A stretch of 64,000 nucleotides of DNA from NCBI GenBank assembly GCA_964471795.1, contig CAYYHM010000002.1:13743-77742 (forward strand), read 5' to 3'. The stretch comes from an uncultured Chitinophagales bacterium. GTDB lineage: Bacteria; Bacteroidota; Bacteroidia; Chitinophagales; S012-47. Below, piece by piece: positions 31,664-42,253 of this stretch. Each line of letters starts with the position of its first letter. The stretch's first letter is position 1. The notes below the pieces were generated by a model. The model searched no databases. It worked only from the letters and a program-made list of their open reading frames with translations, and had not been told where the DNA came from. A program made the translations under genes and the position numbers.

Positions 31664-32308
31664 TTATTGGGCTACTGCCACTTTAGTGAATAAATCATGG
31701 ATCTGTTCCACACCACCTTCAGTGATCAACAGCTTGTCCGCATTCAACAGGTCATACGTAGTTGCCTGATTGGCCAACTCGATATTCATCTTGGGGATGT
31801 TGCGACCTGACAGTACCACGTTCCGGTCGGTGCCCGGCATCAACACGGCTACTTTCTGTCCCTGCAAGCCCAACTTGTTGAGTACATCCACCATCTGAGC
31901 CGTTCTAGGCTGATCAAAGGTAAAGTTCTCTACAACCAAAATGTTTCCTGCTTGTGCATGCTGACTCAGTGCTGACTTACGAGCCAGTTCCTTCACTTTC
32001 TTGTTCAGCTTGATATCATAATTGCGGGGACGAGGACCGAACACACGTGCTCCACCACGGAACAACGGGTTCTTGATGCTACCCTTACGGGAGCCGCCCG
32101 TACCCTTCTGACGGTGCAACTTCTTGGTAGAACCACTCACCTCGCTCTTCTCCTTGGCTTTGTGAGTACCCTGACGCTGATTGGCCAGATACTGCTTCAC
32201 CGCCAGGTACATGGCATGCTCGTTCGGCTCTATGCCGAAGATGGCGTCGTTCAGCTCTACAGTTTTACCTGTCTTGCTTCCTGCTATATTGAGAATATCC
32301 ACTTTCAT
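31664..32308 (-). CDS. rplD: 50S ribosomal protein L4
   Basis: RQGTHKAKEKSEVSGSTKK..RQKGTG.SR.GS...P.FRGG. Confidence 0.96.
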   Translation of the reverse strand: MKVDILNIAGSKTGKTVELNDAIFGIEPNEHAMYLAVKQYLANQRQGTHKAKEKSEVSGSTKKLHRQKGTGGSRKGSIKNPLFRGGARVFGPRPRNYDIKLNKKVKELARKSALSQHAQAGNILVVENFTFDQPRTAQMVDVLNKLGLQGQKVAVLMPGTDRNVVLSGRNIPKMNIELANQATTYDLLNADKLLITEGGVEQIHDLFTKVAVAQ

Positions 32309-32334
32309 TGTCTGTCGATTTTATGCCTGGAAGC

Positions 32335-32952
32335 TTATTTCTCTATGTAAACGATTGATCCGGTGTGTCCAGGGATAGCTCCGCGTACCAGGATGATGTT
32401 CTTGTCGGCTAGTATCTTCTCGATTACCAGACCCTTCACCTTCACACGGTCATTACCGGTGCGGCCGGCCATACGCATGCCCTTGAATACACGGCTTGGG
32501 TAGGATGAAGAACCTACAGAACCCGGAGCACGCAAACGGTTGTGCTGACCGTGGGTAGCCATACCCACACCGGAGAAACCATGGCGCTTTACTACACCTT
32601 GGAAACCTTTTCCTTTGGAAGTACCTACTACGCTTACTTTTTCACCTTCAGCGAAGATTTCAACTCCGATTTCTGTGCCTAGGTCGGCCTGTACGTCGAA
32701 GTTCTTGAATTCCTTTACATGTTGCTTTGGAGCCACACCTGCTTTCTCGAAGTGCTTAGCCAATGGCTGCGGTGTGTTGGAAGGTTTGCGGTTGCCGTAA
32801 GCCAACTGTACAGCATTGTAGCCGTCAGTATCTACGGTCTTGATTTGGGTAACCGCGCAGGGGCCTGCCTCAATGATTGTTACCGGCACATTTTTACCAT
32901 CCTGCCGGAATATGCTGGTCATACCCAGCTTTTTACCTATGATCCCTTTCAT
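32335..32952 (-). CDS. rplC: 50S ribosomal protein L3
   Basis: MKGIIGKKLGMTSIF...GTSKGKGFQGVVKRHGF.G. Confidence 0.97.
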   Translation of the reverse strand: MKGIIGKKLGMTSIFRQDGKNVPVTIIEAGPCAVTQIKTVDTDGYNAVQLAYGNRKPSNTPQPLAKHFEKAGVAPKQHVKEFKNFDVQADLGTEIGVEIFAEGEKVSVVGTSKGKGFQGVVKRHGFSGVGMATHGQHNRLRAPGSVGSSSYPSRVFKGMRMAGRTGNDRVKVKGLVIEKILADKNIILVRGAIPGHTGSIVYIEK

Positions 32953-33008
32953 GACTAGCGCAAAGTTTAACTTTGATAGTTCTATGTCTTTCTAAAATGA
33001 GTGGAGTA

Positions 33009-33314
33009 CTATACTTTGATCTCCACGTCAACTCCACTCGGGAGTTCCAGTTTCATCAGAGCATCCACCGTTTTGGAGGTAGAACTGTAAATGTCAAGTA
33101 ACCTTTTATATGTACACAACTGATACTGATCACGTGCATCCTTGTTCACGTGTGGTGAACGAAGTATGGTGAAAATCTTCTTCTCTGTAGGCAACGGAAT
33201 AGGACCTGTTACCACAGCACCGGTGCTGCGCACCGTCTTGAGGATCTTCTCAGCAGACTTATCAACCAAACTGTGGTCGTAAGACTTCAACTTTATCCTA
33301 ATCTTCTGTGTCAT
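33009..33314 (-). CDS. rpsJ: 30S ribosomal protein S10
   Basis: [15 protein letters not shown]...GPIPLPT....FT.LRSPHV.K. Confidence 0.98.
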   Translation of the reverse strand: MTQKIRIKLKSYDHSLVDKSAEKILKTVRSTGAVVTGPIPLPTEKKIFTILRSPHVNKDARDQYQLCTYKRLLDIYSSTSKTVDALMKLELPSGVDVEIKV

Positions 33315-33316
33315 GA

Positions 33317-35452
33317 TCAGTCTACTTTAACTTTTCCTTTTGCATTTGATATCACCTGCTCGGCAATGCTGCTTGGTGCTGCGGCAAAGTGAGAGAATTC
33401 CATGATAGAGGTAGCACGTCCTGACGTGATGGTACGCAACTGAGTTACATAACCAAACATTTCAGACAAAGGCACTTTAGCCTTGATAACCTGTGCGTTG
33501 CCCTTCATTTCCATGCCTTCCATCATACCACGACGACGGTTCAGGTCACCTACCACATCACCTGTGTGTTCTTCCGGTGTTACCACCTCGAGTTTCATGA
33601 TAGGCTCCAATATTTCCGGACGAGCCAGTTTGGCGGCAGAACGGAAACCAGAACGAGCAGCTAATTCGAAAGACACGGCATCCGAGTCTACTGCGTGGAA
33701 ACCACCATCGAACAAGCGAATCTTCATGCTATCCATTGGGTATCCTGCCAAAGGACCATTCTTCATGGAATCTTCGAAACCTTTCTGTACGGCAGGGATG
33801 AATTCACGCGGAATGGCACCACCGAAGATGTCGTTTACGAACTGCAATCCTATCTTGTCCTCATCAGCAGGGCCGATTTCGAACTGGATGTCTGCGAACT
33901 TACCACGACCACCGGACTGCTTCTTGTACACCTCACGATGTGTGTATACAGAGGTGAGTGCTTCTTTGTAAGCAACCTGAGGAGCACCCACGTTACACTC
34001 TACTTTGAATTCACGACGCAGACGGTCAACAATGATTTCCAGGTGCAACTCACCCATTCCACGGATAACCGTTTGACCGGTTTCTTCGTCGAAGTTCACA
34101 CGGAATGTTGGATCTTCTTCAGCCAGTTTGGCAAGTGCCATACCCAGCTTATCTACGTCCTTTTGCGTCTTGGCCTCAATAGCGATACCAATCACCGGAT
34201 CTGGGAAATCCATGGATTCCAGTACGATTGGGTTCTTCTCGTTGGTGAGGGTATCACCGGTCTTGATTTCTTTGAAACCAACAGCGGCTCCGATATCACC
34301 AGCTTCGATGAAGTCGATCGGATTCTGCTGGTTGGAGTGCATCTGCAGGATACGGCTGATACGCTCTTTCTTACCGGTACGGTTATTGAGTACGTAGGAA
34401 CCGGCATCCAACTTACCGCTATATACACGGAAGAAGGCAAGGCGACCTACGTATGGATCGGTCATGATTTTAAATGCCAAAGCGGCAAACGGCTCAGACA
34501 CATCCGGCTTACGCTGCTCTTCCTTCTCAGTGTCGGGGTTGGTGCCGGTGATAGCCTCGATGTCTACCGGTGAAGGCAGGTATTCGATAACGGCATCCAG
34601 CATAGCCTGTACACCCTTGTTCTTGAAGGCAGAGCCACAAAGCATCGGGATGATGGCCATATCGATTGTAGCCTTACGGATGGCTACCTTGATTTCGTCA
34701 ACGCTGATGCTGTCCGGATCGTCGAAGAACTTCTCCATGATGGCATCATCGTATTCTGCTACGGCCTCGATCAGTTTCTCGCGGAATTCAGCCACCTGAT
34801 CTACCATATCGGCAGGAATGTCGATAACCTGGTAGGTCATACCCAGTGAATCGTCATCCCAAATGATAGCCTGATTGGAGATGAGGTCTACTACCCCACG
34901 GAAGGTCTCTTCAGCACCGATAGGCAACTGCAAAGGCACCGGGTTAGCGCCCAGCTTTTCACGCACTTGTCCAACTACATCGAGGAAGTCGGCACCTGTA
35001 CGGTCCATCTTGTTTACGAACCCGATACGGGGAACCTTATATCTGTTGGCCTGACGCCAAACGGTTTCAGACTGTGGTTCTACACCGCCAACGGCGCAGA
35101 ACAAGGCAACCACACCATCCAATACACGCAGTGAACGCTCTACCTCTACGGTAAAGTCCACGTGACCGGGTGTGTCAATGATGTTGATCTTGTATTCTTT
35201 GGTATCTGCTGTAGCCTGTCCCTGAGTGGTTGGGTATTTCCAGAAAGTAGTGGTAGCTGCAGATGTAATCGTAATACCACGCTCTTTCTCCTGCTCCATC
35301 CAGTCCATGGTGGCGCCACCTTCGTGCACCTCACCAATCTTATGAGTAAGACCGGTATAAAACAGGATACGCTCAGACGTAGTGGTTTTGCCAGCGTCGA
35401 TGTGAGCTGCAATTCCAATATTCCTTGTAAATCGTAAATCGCGTTGTGCCAT
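33317..35452 (-). CDS. fusA: Elongation factor G
   Basis: [37 protein letters not shown]; full-length EF-G. Confidence 0.98.
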   Translation of the reverse strand: MAQRDLRFTRNIGIAAHIDAGKTTTSERILFYTGLTHKIGEVHEGGATMDWMEQEKERGITITSAATTTFWKYPTTQGQATADTKEYKINIIDTPGHVDFTVEVERSLRVLDGVVALFCAVGGVEPQSETVWRQANRYKVPRIGFVNKMDRTGADFLDVVGQVREKLGANPVPLQLPIGAEETFRGVVDLISNQAIIWDDDSLGMTYQVIDIPADMVDQVAEFREKLIEAVAEYDDAIMEKFFDDPDSISVDEIKVAIRKATIDMAIIPMLCGSAFKNKGVQAMLDAVIEYLPSPVDIEAITGTNPDTEKEEQRKPDVSEPFAALAFKIMTDPYVGRLAFFRVYSGKLDAGSYVLNNRTGKKERISRILQMHSNQQNPIDFIEAGDIGAAVGFKEIKTGDTLTNEKNPIVLESMDFPDPVIGIAIEAKTQKDVDKLGMALAKLAEEDPTFRVNFDEETGQTVIRGMGELHLEIIVDRLRREFKVECNVGAPQVAYKEALTSVYTHREVYKKQSGGRGKFADIQFEIGPADEDKIGLQFVNDIFGGAIPREFIPAVQKGFEDSMKNGPLAGYPMDSMKIRLFDGGFHAVDSDAVSFELAARSGFRSAAKLARPEILEPIMKLEVVTPEEHTGDVVGDLNRRRGMMEGMEMKGNAQVIKAKVPLSEMFGYVTQLRTITSGRATSIMEFSHFAAAPSSIAEQVISNAKGKVKVD

Positions 35453-35488
35453 AATAATTGTATGTCTGGGCCGTGTCTGTCTGTGTGA

Positions 35489-35956
35489 TTACATGCGGAA
35501 GTGAGCGAACGCTTTGTTGGCTTCAGCCATACGGTGCGTGTCTTCCTTTTTCTTAACTGCTGAACCTTCACCCTTGGCAGCGGCCATGATTTCACCGGCC
35601 AATTTGGTGGCCATAGAGTTACCGGAGCGCTTGCGGGCAAATTGAATCAACCACTTCATGGTCATGGAAATACGACGGTCAGGTCGGATTTCACTAGGAA
35701 TCTGAAAGGTAGAACCACCAATTCTGCGGCTGCGTACTTCTACGCTTGGCATGATGTTGTTCAACGCCTTCTTCCAGGTTTCGTATCCATTCTCCTTAGT
35801 CCTGTCCTCTACGATATCAAGTGCATCATAGAACACATTGTATGCTATGCTTTTCTTACCATCCCACATCAGGTTGTTTACAAACCTGGTTACCAGCTGA
35901 TCCTGAAACTTTGGATCCGGACTTAATGGACGTTTTTTAGCTCTTACCTTTCTCAT
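35489..35956 (-). CDS. rpsG: 30S ribosomal protein S7
   Basis: DPKF.D.LVT.FVN.LM.DGKKS.A...VEVRSRR.GG.T.Q.P. Confidence 0.97.
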   Translation of the reverse strand: MRKVRAKKRPLSPDPKFQDQLVTRFVNNLMWDGKKSIAYNVFYDALDIVEDRTKENGYETWKKALNNIMPSVEVRSRRIGGSTFQIPSEIRPDRRISMTMKWLIQFARKRSGNSMATKLAGEIMAAAKGEGSAVKKKEDTHRMAEANKAFAHFRM

Positions 35957-35972
35957 GATGTGTTACTTGATA

Positions 35973-36353
35973 CTACTTAGCTGCTTTAGGACGCTTTGTA
36001 CCGTACTTGGAACGGCTCTTCTTACGATTGTTCACACCGGCTGTATCCAATGCACCGCGTACGATGTGGTAACGTACACCCGGCAGATCCTTTACCCTTC
36101 CTCCGCGAATCAGCACGATAGAGTGCTCCTGCAGGTTGTGGCCCTCTCCTGGGATGTAGGCAATCACTTCAATACCATTGGTCAAACGAACCTTAGCCAC
36201 TTTACGAAGTGCAGAGTTCGGCTTCTTGGGTGTAGTTGTATACACACGAGTACAAACTCCCCTTCTCTGCGGGCAGGCATCCAGTGCTCTTGACTTGCTC
36301 TTGGCCTTAATAACTGTGCGGCCTTTGCGTACAAGCTGTTGAATAGTAGGCAT
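35973..36353 (-). CDS. rpsL: 30S ribosomal protein S12
   Basis: [12 protein letters not shown]...[53 protein letters not shown]. Confidence 0.98.
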   Translation of the reverse strand: MPTIQQLVRKGRTVIKAKSKSRALDACPQRRGVCTRVYTTTPKKPNSALRKVAKVRLTNGIEVIAYIPGEGHNLQEHSIVLIRGGRVKDLPGVRYHIVRGALDTAGVNNRKKSRSKYGTKRPKAAK

Positions 36354-36382
36354 AGTACGATCCTCTTAATTTTTCGGAAGGG

Positions 36383-36413
36383 CAAAGGTAGAAACATTCT
36401 AAGGAATAAACAA
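36383..36413 (-). promoter_or_regulatory. Candidate Bacteroidota sigma-A promoter for rpsL (-7 TACCTTTG, -33 TTG)
   Basis: Minus-strand TACCTTTG (36383-36390) matches TAnnTTTG and ends 29 nt upstream of the rpsL ATG. A TTG (36411-36413) lies 20 nt further upstream. Confidence 0.5.
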
Positions 36414-36491
36414 CCCGCTGTAGAAAAAAATTGACCAGCCCTGAATTACTGAAAATGAAAGGGATACAGCCTGTTTTACACCGACGCAGAA

Positions 36492-37304
36492 TCAGCCTAA
36501 CGCTACGTCCAAGGCCATCATTACAGCAAAACCAAGAATGGTGCCCATGGTGGCGATGTCGGTATTGCCGCCGTGATGCGACTCCGGAATCAGCTCCTCT
36601 ACTACTACAAACACCATGGCTCCAGCCGCAAAGGCCAGTGCATAAGGCAGGATGGGTTGTACATATATAACAGCCAGGGCACCGGTAACACCGGCAATTG
36701 GCTCCACAATGGCAGACAACTGGCCATACCAGAAGGCCTTCCTGCGACTCATGCCCTCACGACGCAAAGGCACCGACACAGAAGTGCCTTCCGGAAAGTT
36801 CTGCAAACCAATACCTATCGCCAGTGCGATGGCTCCACCAATGGTAGCCGACGGTATACCGGCCACAACGCCGCCAAATGCGACACCCACAGCAAGACCC
36901 TCCGGTATGTTGTGCAGCGTAATCGCCGACACCAACAACACCGACCTGCGCCAGCTGGAGGGCAAACCCTCCGCCTTTTCTCTGGGCTGGAACAAATGCA
37001 GGTGCGGCAGGAAAATATCCAGCAATCGGATAAACCCGGCACCCAGCAAAAATCCTGTCAATGCCGGCAGCCAGCCCGGTACACCCATCGCCTCCGACAT
37101 GTCAATGGCAGGCGCCAACAACGACCAGTAGCTGGCAGCCAGCATAACACCCGCTGCAAATCCCAGCATACCATCCAGCACCTTGCGATTGATGTCACGG
37201 AAAAAGAATACCAATGAAGCGCCCAGCGCTGTAACCAGCCAGGTAAATGTGGTGGCCAGCAATGCCTGCACTACAGCATGTAATCCCAAAAACCATTCCC
37301 ACAT
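36492..37304 (-). CDS. ZIP-family divalent metal (probably zinc) transporter
   Basis: Eight-TM profile with ZIP signature [19 protein letters not shown] and LQNFPEG. Confidence 0.85.
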   Translation of the reverse strand: MWEWFLGLHAVVQALLATTFTWLVTALGASLVFFFRDINRKVLDGMLGFAAGVMLAASYWSLLAPAIDMSEAMGVPGWLPALTGFLLGAGFIRLLDIFLPHLHLFQPREKAEGLPSSWRRSVLLVSAITLHNIPEGLAVGVAFGGVVAGIPSATIGGAIALAIGIGLQNFPEGTSVSVPLRREGMSRRKAFWYGQLSAIVEPIAGVTGALAVIYVQPILPYALAFAAGAMVFVVVEELIPESHHGGNTDIATMGTILGFAVMMALDVALG

Positions 37305-37335
37305 ACGTGTGTTTTTGTCAAAACTACAACATATT

Positions 37336-37351
37336 TTTAGACTTGTCTAAA
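37336..37351. promoter_or_regulatory. Perfect palindrome TTTAGAC-TT-GTCTAAA between the divergent ZIP transporter and pepP genes (candidate metalloregulator operator)
   Basis: 7-bp arms at 37336-37342 and 37345-37351, read directly. A third TTTAGAC half-site sits at 37364-37370. It lies 32 nt upstream of the ZIP start. Confidence 0.4.
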
Positions 37352-37393
37352 TATTTGCCTGGCTTTAGACACCGAGCCTTCTCTTGTAAATAG

Positions 37394-37401
37394 TAATTTT
37401 G
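37394..37401 (+). promoter_or_regulatory. Candidate -7 box (TAATTTTG) for the Xaa-Pro aminopeptidase gene
   Basis: Matches TAnnTTTG and ends 46 nt upstream of the ATG at 37448. Confidence 0.4.
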
Positions 37402-37447
37402 TAAAACCCCTCCAACAATCATTCTTTACGCTCATCATACAACCAAT

Positions 37448-38737
37448 ATGCGCTATCAACCGCTACCGAAGGATGTGTACATCCGAAACCGACAGAAGCT
37501 GGCTGCTCATCTAAAACCCGGTGCTGCCGTAATCCTCACTTCCAACGACATTATGCCTACCAACGGCGACGGAAGTATGGGCTTCAAGCAAAACTCTGAC
37601 CTGCTGTATCTGTCGGGCATAGATCAGGAAGAAACCATGCTCATACTGTTTCCTGATGCACACCGCAAGGAGCATCGCGCCATGTTGTTCCTACGGGAAA
37701 CCAATGAGGAAATCGCCATCTGGGAGGGCGCCAAATTCACCAAAGAGCAAGCCCGGGAGCTGTCGGGCATCGAGGAAGTACATTGGCTGAGCGAGTATCC
37801 ACGCCTGATCAAATGGGTAATGGGAGAGGCAGCCTGCGTATACCTCAACTCCAACGAGCACCTGCGCCAAAGCAACGAAGTGCAGACCCGGGAAGAAAAA
37901 CTATCGCAATCCCTGCGCGCCACCTATCCGCACCATACCTACGAGCGACTGGCGCCCTTGATGCATCAGCTGCGCAGTGTGAAAGAGCCGGAAGAAATCG
38001 CCGCCATCAGTCATGCCTGCACCATTACCCGTGATGCATTCTTGGCAATCTGTGATTTCGTGAAGCCGGGTGTGTACGAATATGAGATCGAAGCGCTGCT
38101 GTACCATGAGTTCATCAGACGAAGATCCCGTGGACCTGCCTACGATCCCATCATTGCTTCAGGCCCCAATGCCTGCGTATTGCACTATGTGTCTAACGAG
38201 GAGGTCTGTAAGGCTGGTGATGTCATCTTACTGGACATCGGAGCTGAATATGCCAACTACGCGGCCGACCTCACCAGGTGTCTGCCCGTAAGCGGGCGTT
38301 TTACATCCCGCCAAAAAGCTGTGTACAATGCTGTGCTTTCGGTAAAAGAAGGCGCCAAGCAGCTGCTGAAACCGGGCGTGTATCTGGACGACTACCACAA
38401 GCAGGTTGGACAATTGATGGAGGAACAGCTCCTGCAATTGGGGCTGATTACCACAGAGGACATAAAGAAACAGGATCCAAAGTGGCCAGCCTACAAGAAG
38501 TATTTTATGCACGGCACATCCCACTACCTGGGACTGGACGTGCATGATGTAGGACTTTGGCATACTCCTATACAGGCAGGGATGGTATTCACCGTTGAGC
38601 CGGGCATTTACATCCGCGAAGAAGGACTGGGTATCAGGCTGGAGAATGATATCGTAGTAACCGAAACCGGCTATGACGACCTGATGGCCGATATACCGGT
38701 TACCGCAGAAGCCATTGAAGACCTGATGAATCGCTAA
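37448..38737 (+). CDS. Xaa-Pro aminopeptidase (M24B family)
   Basis: Creatinase/prolidase N-terminal domain plus M24 motifs DIGAEY..Y.AD.TR, HGTSHYLGLDVHD, EPGIY and IRLEND. Confidence 0.88.
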   Translation: MRYQPLPKDVYIRNRQKLAAHLKPGAAVILTSNDIMPTNGDGSMGFKQNSDLLYLSGIDQEETMLILFPDAHRKEHRAMLFLRETNEEIAIWEGAKFTKEQARELSGIEEVHWLSEYPRLIKWVMGEAACVYLNSNEHLRQSNEVQTREEKLSQSLRATYPHHTYERLAPLMHQLRSVKEPEEIAAISHACTITRDAFLAICDFVKPGVYEYEIEALLYHEFIRRRSRGPAYDPIIASGPNACVLHYVSNEEVCKAGDVILLDIGAEYANYAADLTRCLPVSGRFTSRQKAVYNAVLSVKEGAKQLLKPGVYLDDYHKQVGQLMEEQLLQLGLITTEDIKKQDPKWPAYKKYFMHGTSHYLGLDVHDVGLWHTPIQAGMVFTVEPGIYIREEGLGIRLENDIVVTETGYDDLMADIPVTAEAIEDLMNR

Positions 38738-39570
38738 AGAACAGCCTCATAAGCGGGAAACTCCTGCGACAACAGGGCTACTACATCTACCTTCTTTTCG
38801 TCTGTGACTGTGGGCATAGCATCGAAGTGATCGAAATAGCGGAACATCTGCCAGCTACCGTTGTGGTATTCCAGTGCCGTAAGGTTTTCTATCCAGTCAC
38901 CTGAATTGAGATATGTCAGCGTATGCTTTCCCGTATCAATCTGCCGAATGGATGGCTGATGGATGTGGCCGCAGATGACATAATCATACTCTTGTGCCTG
39001 AGCATGCTCTATGGCCATCTCCTCAAAATCCTGAATAAAACGTACCGCTTTCTTCACACTGTTCTTGATCCGCTTCGATAGGGATACCCGCTCCCTGCCC
39101 ATTCGAATCAATATGTGGTTGATGAAGCGGTTGAGCAGGATCAGGTAATCGTAGCTCTTGCCACCCAACTTAGCCAGCCATGGCGTGTATTTCACAGACA
39201 AATCAAAGATATCGCCATGGAATAACCAGGCACGCTTGCCATCCATGTGCAAGACCAGTTTATCCAGGAGCTGAAAGTTGCGGATGCGGAAATCAGATAT
39301 CTTCCGCAGCATGTCATCGTGGTTGCCGGTAAGATAGAACACCCTAACCCCTTGCTGCACATACTCCAGCAGCAGCTGCACCGTCTCCCAGTGGCTCTCC
39401 GGCCAATAGCTCTTCCGGAATTGCCAGATATCTATGATGTCGCCATTGAGCACGATGGTCTTCGGTCGGATTGACCGCAGGTACCTGTTCAGTTCCCTCG
39501 CATGCGACCCATACGTCCCCAGGTGAACATCAGAGATCACCACCAGTTCAACCTCACGACCAGGCTGCAT
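38734..39570 (-). CDS. lpxH: UDP-2,3-diacylglucosamine diphosphatase-like metallophosphoesterase
   Basis: Calcineurin-like motifs ISDVHLG, NGDIID, GNHD and CGHIH. Size and sequence resemble the Bacteroidota LpxH family. Confidence 0.7.
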   Translation of the reverse strand: MQPGREVELVVISDVHLGTYGSHARELNRYLRSIRPKTIVLNGDIIDIWQFRKSYWPESHWETVQLLLEYVQQGVRVFYLTGNHDDMLRKISDFRIRNFQLLDKLVLHMDGKRAWLFHGDIFDLSVKYTPWLAKLGGKSYDYLILLNRFINHILIRMGRERVSLSKRIKNSVKKAVRFIQDFEEMAIEHAQAQEYDYVICGHIHQPSIRQIDTGKHTLTYLNSGDWIENLTALEYHNGSWQMFRYFDHFDAMPTVTDEKKVDVVALLSQEFPAYEAVL

Positions 39571-39817
39571 ACAGTCGCTTTTGGCAGATAATTACATTGA
39601 AGTCTATCATGATACTTCCCGTTTGCACGAAAGTATCCCCCTCACATCACGACATTGTGAAATGCCTATTATCAATATGTTATACCCGCCAATGATGATG
39701 TCTTGCAAACTGACTTTGATTTGTAAACAAATGGTTAGCAATTCTTTAACCCTTGTGTTGACATGCAATTTCCAAATGACCACCTGCTATTTTTCGGCTT
39801 CCAAACAAGCATGTGCC

Positions 39818-40708
39818 ATGCCGTGGAGCAATCTACATACACACACCTTTTATTGTGACGGGAAAGCCAACCCGGAAGAATACATCGAAGAAGCGCTGAA
39901 GAACGACATCGCCATTTTAGGATTTTCCGGACACTTCCCCCTCCCCTTCTCCAATGAGTGGGCCATGCCAGCCCAACGGCTGCACACCTACATGCATCAG
40001 ATTGAGCTGCTAAAGCAGAAATACAAAGGCAAGATCGACATATACCTGGGCACTGAGGTAGATTACATCCCTCATTTCTCATCTCCTGTAAATCCTGCGG
40101 TCATCAAAGCCAACTTCGACTTCACCATTGGAAGTTTACATTATGTGGACACCTTTTATGATGGACGCCCCTGGCAGGTAGATGGCCGTCATCTGGAGTT
40201 CCTGCAGGGCCTCAAGGACATCTTCCACTACAATGTACAAGAGGCTGTCAGGAGATATTATGCCCTCACCCGCGACATGATCAACCACGCCTCACCGGAT
40301 ATTTTGGGGCACATGGATAAAATCAAGGTGCAAAACTGGGACAATCAATTCTTCCACGAAGGAGACCGATGGTATCACAATGAGGTAGTAGCCACCCTGG
40401 AAACCATGAAACAAAAGGATGTAATCCTGGAAGTCAATACACGCGGCATGTACCGTAGGCGGTCGCTGGAGACCTTCCCCAGCAGATGGATACTGGAGAT
40501 CGCCTACGACCTCGACATTCCGGTGATGCTAGCCAGTGATGCCCATCATCCCGTAGAATTGTCGCTGGAGTTCAGACCGGCTGCCCGCATGCTCCGTGAC
40601 ATAGGCTTCCGCTACCTGAGAACCTTGCTCGATGGCCAGTGGGTGGATATTCCATTCAACACCTTTGGACTGCAATTGGGACCCGATCGCAACAGGATTG
40701 TGGCCTGA
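39818..40708 (+). CDS. Histidinol-phosphatase, HisJ/PHP family
   Basis: PHP motifs NLHTHTFYCDG, GFSGH, GHMD and SDAHH. The internal ATG at 39818 (MPWSNLHTHT) is used; the track ORF starts at 39581. Confidence 0.8.
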   Translation: MPWSNLHTHTFYCDGKANPEEYIEEALKNDIAILGFSGHFPLPFSNEWAMPAQRLHTYMHQIELLKQKYKGKIDIYLGTEVDYIPHFSSPVNPAVIKANFDFTIGSLHYVDTFYDGRPWQVDGRHLEFLQGLKDIFHYNVQEAVRRYYALTRDMINHASPDILGHMDKIKVQNWDNQFFHEGDRWYHNEVVATLETMKQKDVILEVNTRGMYRRRSLETFPSRWILEIAYDLDIPVMLASDAHHPVELSLEFRPAARMLRDIGFRYLRTLLDGQWVDIPFNTFGLQLGPDRNRIVA

Positions 40709-40710
40709 TG

Positions 40711-42075
40711 CTACAATAACTCATTCGCCAGATTGGCCAGCTCTGATCGCTCCCCTTTCTCCAGAGTGATGTGGGCAAACAAAGGATGACCCTTCATCTT
40801 CTCGATTACCGTAGTCAACCCGTTGCTCTGACTGTCCAGATACGGCGTATCAATCTGCATGATGTCGCCTGTAAAAATCATCTTACAGTTCTCTCCCGCT
40901 CTCGTGATGATGGTTTTTACTTCATGAGGCGTGAGGTTTTGCGCTTCATCAACAATAAAGATTACATTACTGAGACTTCTTCCTCTTATATAAGTGAGTG
41001 GGGTTATACTGATCTTGTCTGACTCTACCATCTGCTCAATGGCCTTGTATTGCTTGTCGCGCTCACTGAACTGCGTCTTGATGAATTTCAGGTTGTCCCA
41101 CAGTGGCTCCATATACGGGTTGAGCTTGCTCTTGATGTCACCCGGCAGATAGCCGATATCCTTGTTACTGAGCGGCACAATTGGTCGCGTGATGTATATC
41201 TGCTGGAAGTCGCGTTTTTGTTCCAGCGCCCCTGCCAGTGCCAGCAACGTTTTGCCGGTGCCTGCCACACCTTGTATGGTTACCAGCTTGATGGCCGGGT
41301 TCATGATGGCATGAATGGCAAATGTTTGTTCGGCATTGCGTGCTTTGATGCCATACACTGTGCTTTTCTCTACCCGCTCCACCATGCCAGTGTGGCCATT
41401 GTGGTAGGCCAGGATGGACTTCTTGCCATTCTTCAAAATCAAGTACTGGTTGGCAGGTACAGGCGCAGCAGTTACCTTCCGGATATCCTCCTCACCCTGC
41501 TCGAAGATCGCATCAATCACACCTACCGGCACCTTATCCAGCGAGGCCATTCCGGTATACAGGCTTGCGATATCTTTTACCTTACCCGTCATGTAATCTT
41601 CCGCATGGAGGTTCAGGGACTGAGCCTTGATGCGTAGCGCCACATCCTTGGTAACCAACACCACCTTTTTATCAGGCATATCAGTTTGCAATCGCAGTGC
41701 GGCATTCAGGATCTTGTGGTCATTCTTGTGGTTGCCGAAGACCGAGATGGCATCCACATTGTTGCTATCGGCATCCATGATGATCTTGAACTTGCCCCTG
41801 GTTTTGCCATTGAGCGATACCCAATCGGTAAGGAACTTACCCTCAAACTTACTGTCGATCAATCGAATGAATTCCCTTGCCTCAAAGTTCTTATGCTCAT
41901 TGCCCTTCTTGAAGTTGTCCAGCTCCTCCAATACCGTAATCGGTATGGCAATGTCGTTCTCCTCGAATTGCATCAGGCTGTTGTGGTCGAACAGGATCAC
42001 AGAGGTGTCCAACACATATACCTTTTTCTGCTTTTCACGCTGTTGGGAGGTGGACTTTGTGCGGGTAGGTGACAT
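40711..42075 (-). CDS. PhoH-family ATPase with N-terminal PIN domain (YlaK-like)
   Basis: PIN-like VLDTSVIL...ELD, Walker A GVAGTGKT, PhoH C-terminal motifs IFIVDEAQN and FTGD..Q.D. Confidence 0.88.
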   Translation of the reverse strand: MSPTRTKSTSQQREKQKKVYVLDTSVILFDHNSLMQFEENDIAIPITVLEELDNFKKGNEHKNFEAREFIRLIDSKFEGKFLTDWVSLNGKTRGKFKIIMDADSNNVDAISVFGNHKNDHKILNAALRLQTDMPDKKVVLVTKDVALRIKAQSLNLHAEDYMTGKVKDIASLYTGMASLDKVPVGVIDAIFEQGEEDIRKVTAAPVPANQYLILKNGKKSILAYHNGHTGMVERVEKSTVYGIKARNAEQTFAIHAIMNPAIKLVTIQGVAGTGKTLLALAGALEQKRDFQQIYITRPIVPLSNKDIGYLPGDIKSKLNPYMEPLWDNLKFIKTQFSERDKQYKAIEQMVESDKISITPLTYIRGRSLSNVIFIVDEAQNLTPHEVKTIITRAGENCKMIFTGDIMQIDTPYLDSQSNGLTTVIEKMKGHPLFAHITLEKGERSELANLANELL

Positions 42076-42236
42076 ACATGTAGCATCTGGTAACAGGAGG
42101 GAAGTTAGTTGATAATGCTACCCTGCTGCCGGATATTGTCAGATAGATTTCCACAAAATATGGTGGAAGCATGAGTGGCTCCCTACAGCCCCAACGTGCC
42201 GGCATGCAATACCGCCATCGATGGTACAAATACTTG

Positions 42237-42244
42237 TATTTTTG
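42237..42244 (+). promoter_or_regulatory. Candidate -7 box (TATTTTTG) immediately upstream of pssA
   Basis: Matches TAnnTTTG and ends only 9 nt before the ATG at 42254. No clear -33 TTG. Confidence 0.35.
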
Positions 42245-42253
42245 CCACTACAC

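Noticed and set aside
33695-34573. 292-aa plus-strand ORF inside fusA
   Set aside because: It is antisense to EF-G and shows no family resemblance, so it is a shadow ORF. The same reasoning applies to 35146-35640 (minus strand, alternative frame across fusA/rpsG).
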